From contig JAKMXF010000351.1 in the NCBI GenBank assembly GCA_024704765.1, positions 100,136 to 164,135 of the forward strand: DNA of 64,000 nt, in the 5' to 3' direction. Below the pieces are notes generated by a model. That model was not told the origin of the DNA and did no database searches. It saw only the letters and a list, made by a program, of their open reading frames with translations. Made by a program: the position numbers and the translations under genes. Below are positions 61,458 through 64,000 of this stretch, piece by piece. This DNA comes from Oopsacas minuta (Eukaryota > Animalia > Porifera). Position 1 is the first letter of the stretch. The number at the start of each line of letters is the position of its first letter.

Positions 61458-64000
61458 TAACGCACAACAGATACGATGCAATGTTCATTAAAAAAACATG
61501 CATTATTTTATGGTGAATTTTCAATTTGGAATATTGAAGACAACTTTTTTCACTTTGTATGTTTGTACTGCATCAACAGCATTGCAAAAATGTAGTTGCA
61601 TGGAATTCGCGACAGAATTACATCGTAATCGTAGCTATACAATCTATAGAAATTCGGGACTTATAAACGTGGCCACATTTTGTTGTGGCATCTGGGGTCC
61701 ACTGTATTACAAAAGATAAGTAATTCTTTATCGTTTATTAGTGCATACGACCTCATAGATCACTTTGGATAAGAATATATTTATATTATACACTTTATAC
61801 ACTCTTTCGAAAATACCAGATTTTATTACTTAGAATGATGGCATCCTTTTATGTTGTTGATATGCTTCCATTAAGGGGACTTTTGTTATACTGTGATTGG
61901 ACGGAATGTGATTCCAAGTACATACTTGCCAACCCCTTGACATTGTTTACCAGGATATTTATCTAGAAATCTCTGTTTTTAAAATTTCCTGGATTTATAT
62001 TTTATAAGTAAAAATTATGATCCTCCCCTTGTTTATGAAAATTAGTAGGTGATGGGATGACTAAAGACATCATAAATGCTGTAGCAACAAGTAACACATA
62101 TGGTATGTATTGGATATGGTCTGAAGGTGTTATAGCAATTATAAGATACGTAGATCACGTAGTAGAGTTACTTTAGAGAAATAGAAGGATACCTAAATCT
62201 TACCAATTGGTCGCACTAATTGAATCCTCAAAAACCATCCAGAGAACACAGAATGATCAAATTCACTCGAAAACATCAACAGCTATTCAATTTAGGAGGA
62301 ACTATGGGGCCGTTCAACGTTACTTATGATTCCAATGGAGGAGGTTGTAAATATAGTGTAAGAGTCCCATCTTCTCGTATTACAAATGGTCTAAAGCGTT
62401 ACACAGGGGGGTAAGTGTTAATTGTCGGGAAATTTGTGTTACGTAACGTTGAAAGGCCACCATGAAGTATAATCTATAAACTGTAATAGATATAATTTGA
62501 AGGAACCCAAGGACAAACTATCTCCTTGCTATCAAACCATACCTGAATATTCGGTCCTCAAAGTATCCATGATAAATCCATGTAAACTGAAAGCATACAT
62601 CCCTTGTACATCACATCTCAACCATGCATTTCTATGAAACAGGGCAGGGGACATAAACGCCTATGAGGGGTTACTGTGGTCGCTGACTGTAACCCTGGGG
62701 TTTCAGCTACGCTTAGCAACCCCCTTACTTTACCTAAACTTACATATAAAATTCAGGTATCTTCAAGTTTCATTTACTTCTTCTATAGATCTATATACAG
62801 ATAGAGTCTTATAACTCTCAATCAACCAAATGCTAATGCCCGGGTTTCCAATCGCATTCTTGATAAATATTCCATTAGTACTCCGTTCAAGTTGAAATGT
62901 CTTCACTTACAAATCCTAAATTATACCCATACTAAGCTAATTGAAATATATTCCATCATTCAGTTTATAGATTCACTAATCACATATGTAGGATACAATT
63001 AAAATTGACATAATTATGACAATAAGTTATTAGTAGGGTCTTTATTTGAATATACATAAGTTGATGACGAATGTTATCTTAGCAACCGATTCAAATCCCC
63101 ACTAAAACACCTTTTTCTCAAAAAGTGTGGGCTCTATTTTGAGAAGAACCATACAAGCGTAAAGAAGAAAGTTGGTACATTTCATATCATCACTCATAAT
63201 CACCAAATTTTACATGATGTGTAAGCAATTTTGCATTACATTTTGGTGAAGTGATTTGTTAATATCTCCCTAAATAATTGTGATAACAACTTATCATTTT
63301 AATCATATTTACATCTCACTTGGTACATTGTCTATATCGAATTGAAATTAAAATGATTATTTTGAAAAAGTTATGAACGCCCGAACTATATACAGGAATT
63401 ACATAGACGCCCAATTTGTATTATCAATAATGAAGTATGTATGACATTACAGTGTACGTAAATTATGATAAGTATTTAGTATCATCTTCAATTCTATAAT
63501 TCCAATTCTATTATGGTTTCTAGATATTAATCAGAAGATATTTGAAATATAAAAATAACACAACATTGTAATGACAGTTCTCATACATTATACAAAATAT
63601 TAGTTTTTGAATGGAAAAGAGTAAACAAATCGAAAAGTATTACATGATACTAATTAACCAGATATTACAGTTTATCTGTCTATCTTTTCTGTATTGAACT
63701 GATTGATGAACTAATGAGGAATACTAATCGAATTTCCCATGTATATTAGAACAGGCTAAACTTGAAACAAGTGGTACTATTTATGCATAATCTTTACAGC
63801 TATACGTATAAGGAAGAGTAACACATGTCTTTTGACCAGATAAGATTTGAAGAGACGATCACCACTTCGATTTGTATTTATAAAAGCCAGAATGGTAAGA
63901 GAATCGAGAGTTAACTCCAGGAGATGAGTCTCCAAATGAATGCTCCAAAAAATAGATAGTAACTTCTTTCTGATTCAAATTTGTACGAATTGTAAAATAA

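Noticed and set aside
143-63999. Most short ORFs in the track (e.g. 143-439, 9521-9802, 30495-31016, 39239-39532, 54287-54664, 62220-62414)
   Set aside because: Antisense or alternative-frame shadows of TE/host ORFs, or AT-rich noise with no recognisable motif.

Overview
AT-rich animal (eukaryotic) genomic DNA made up mostly of nested, decayed transposons. Two apparently intact single-exon host genes lie among them: an NF-kB/Rel-homology transcription factor (18340-19680) and an integrin alpha (39105-42281). Intronless copies of these normally intron-rich genes suggest an intron-poor early-branching animal such as a glass sponge; this is inference only. Elements with readable ends or catalytic motifs: two DD37D maT, two DD34D mariner, one DD41D rosa, two hAT, one PIF/Harbinger (NuwaI-like), MULEs, a Chapaev3 interrupted by a full-length Ty3/Gypsy, a THAP fragment and Helentron/HINE-like repeats. 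The main result is a 3.3-kb RAG1-like Transib transposon (51972-55268). It has perfect RSS-heptamer termini (CACAGTG), a perfect 5-bp TSD (TATTC), a RAG1 NBD-like region, a CTT-like zinc motif and a spliceosomal intron, but no RAG2. It lies between two 933-bp near-identical inverted repeats. A second, diverged RAG1-like relic (10551-11450) and a third heptamer-ended element with a 27/23-bp asymmetric bipartite TIR (60070-61457) are also present. All alignments were done by eye; no database searches were run.
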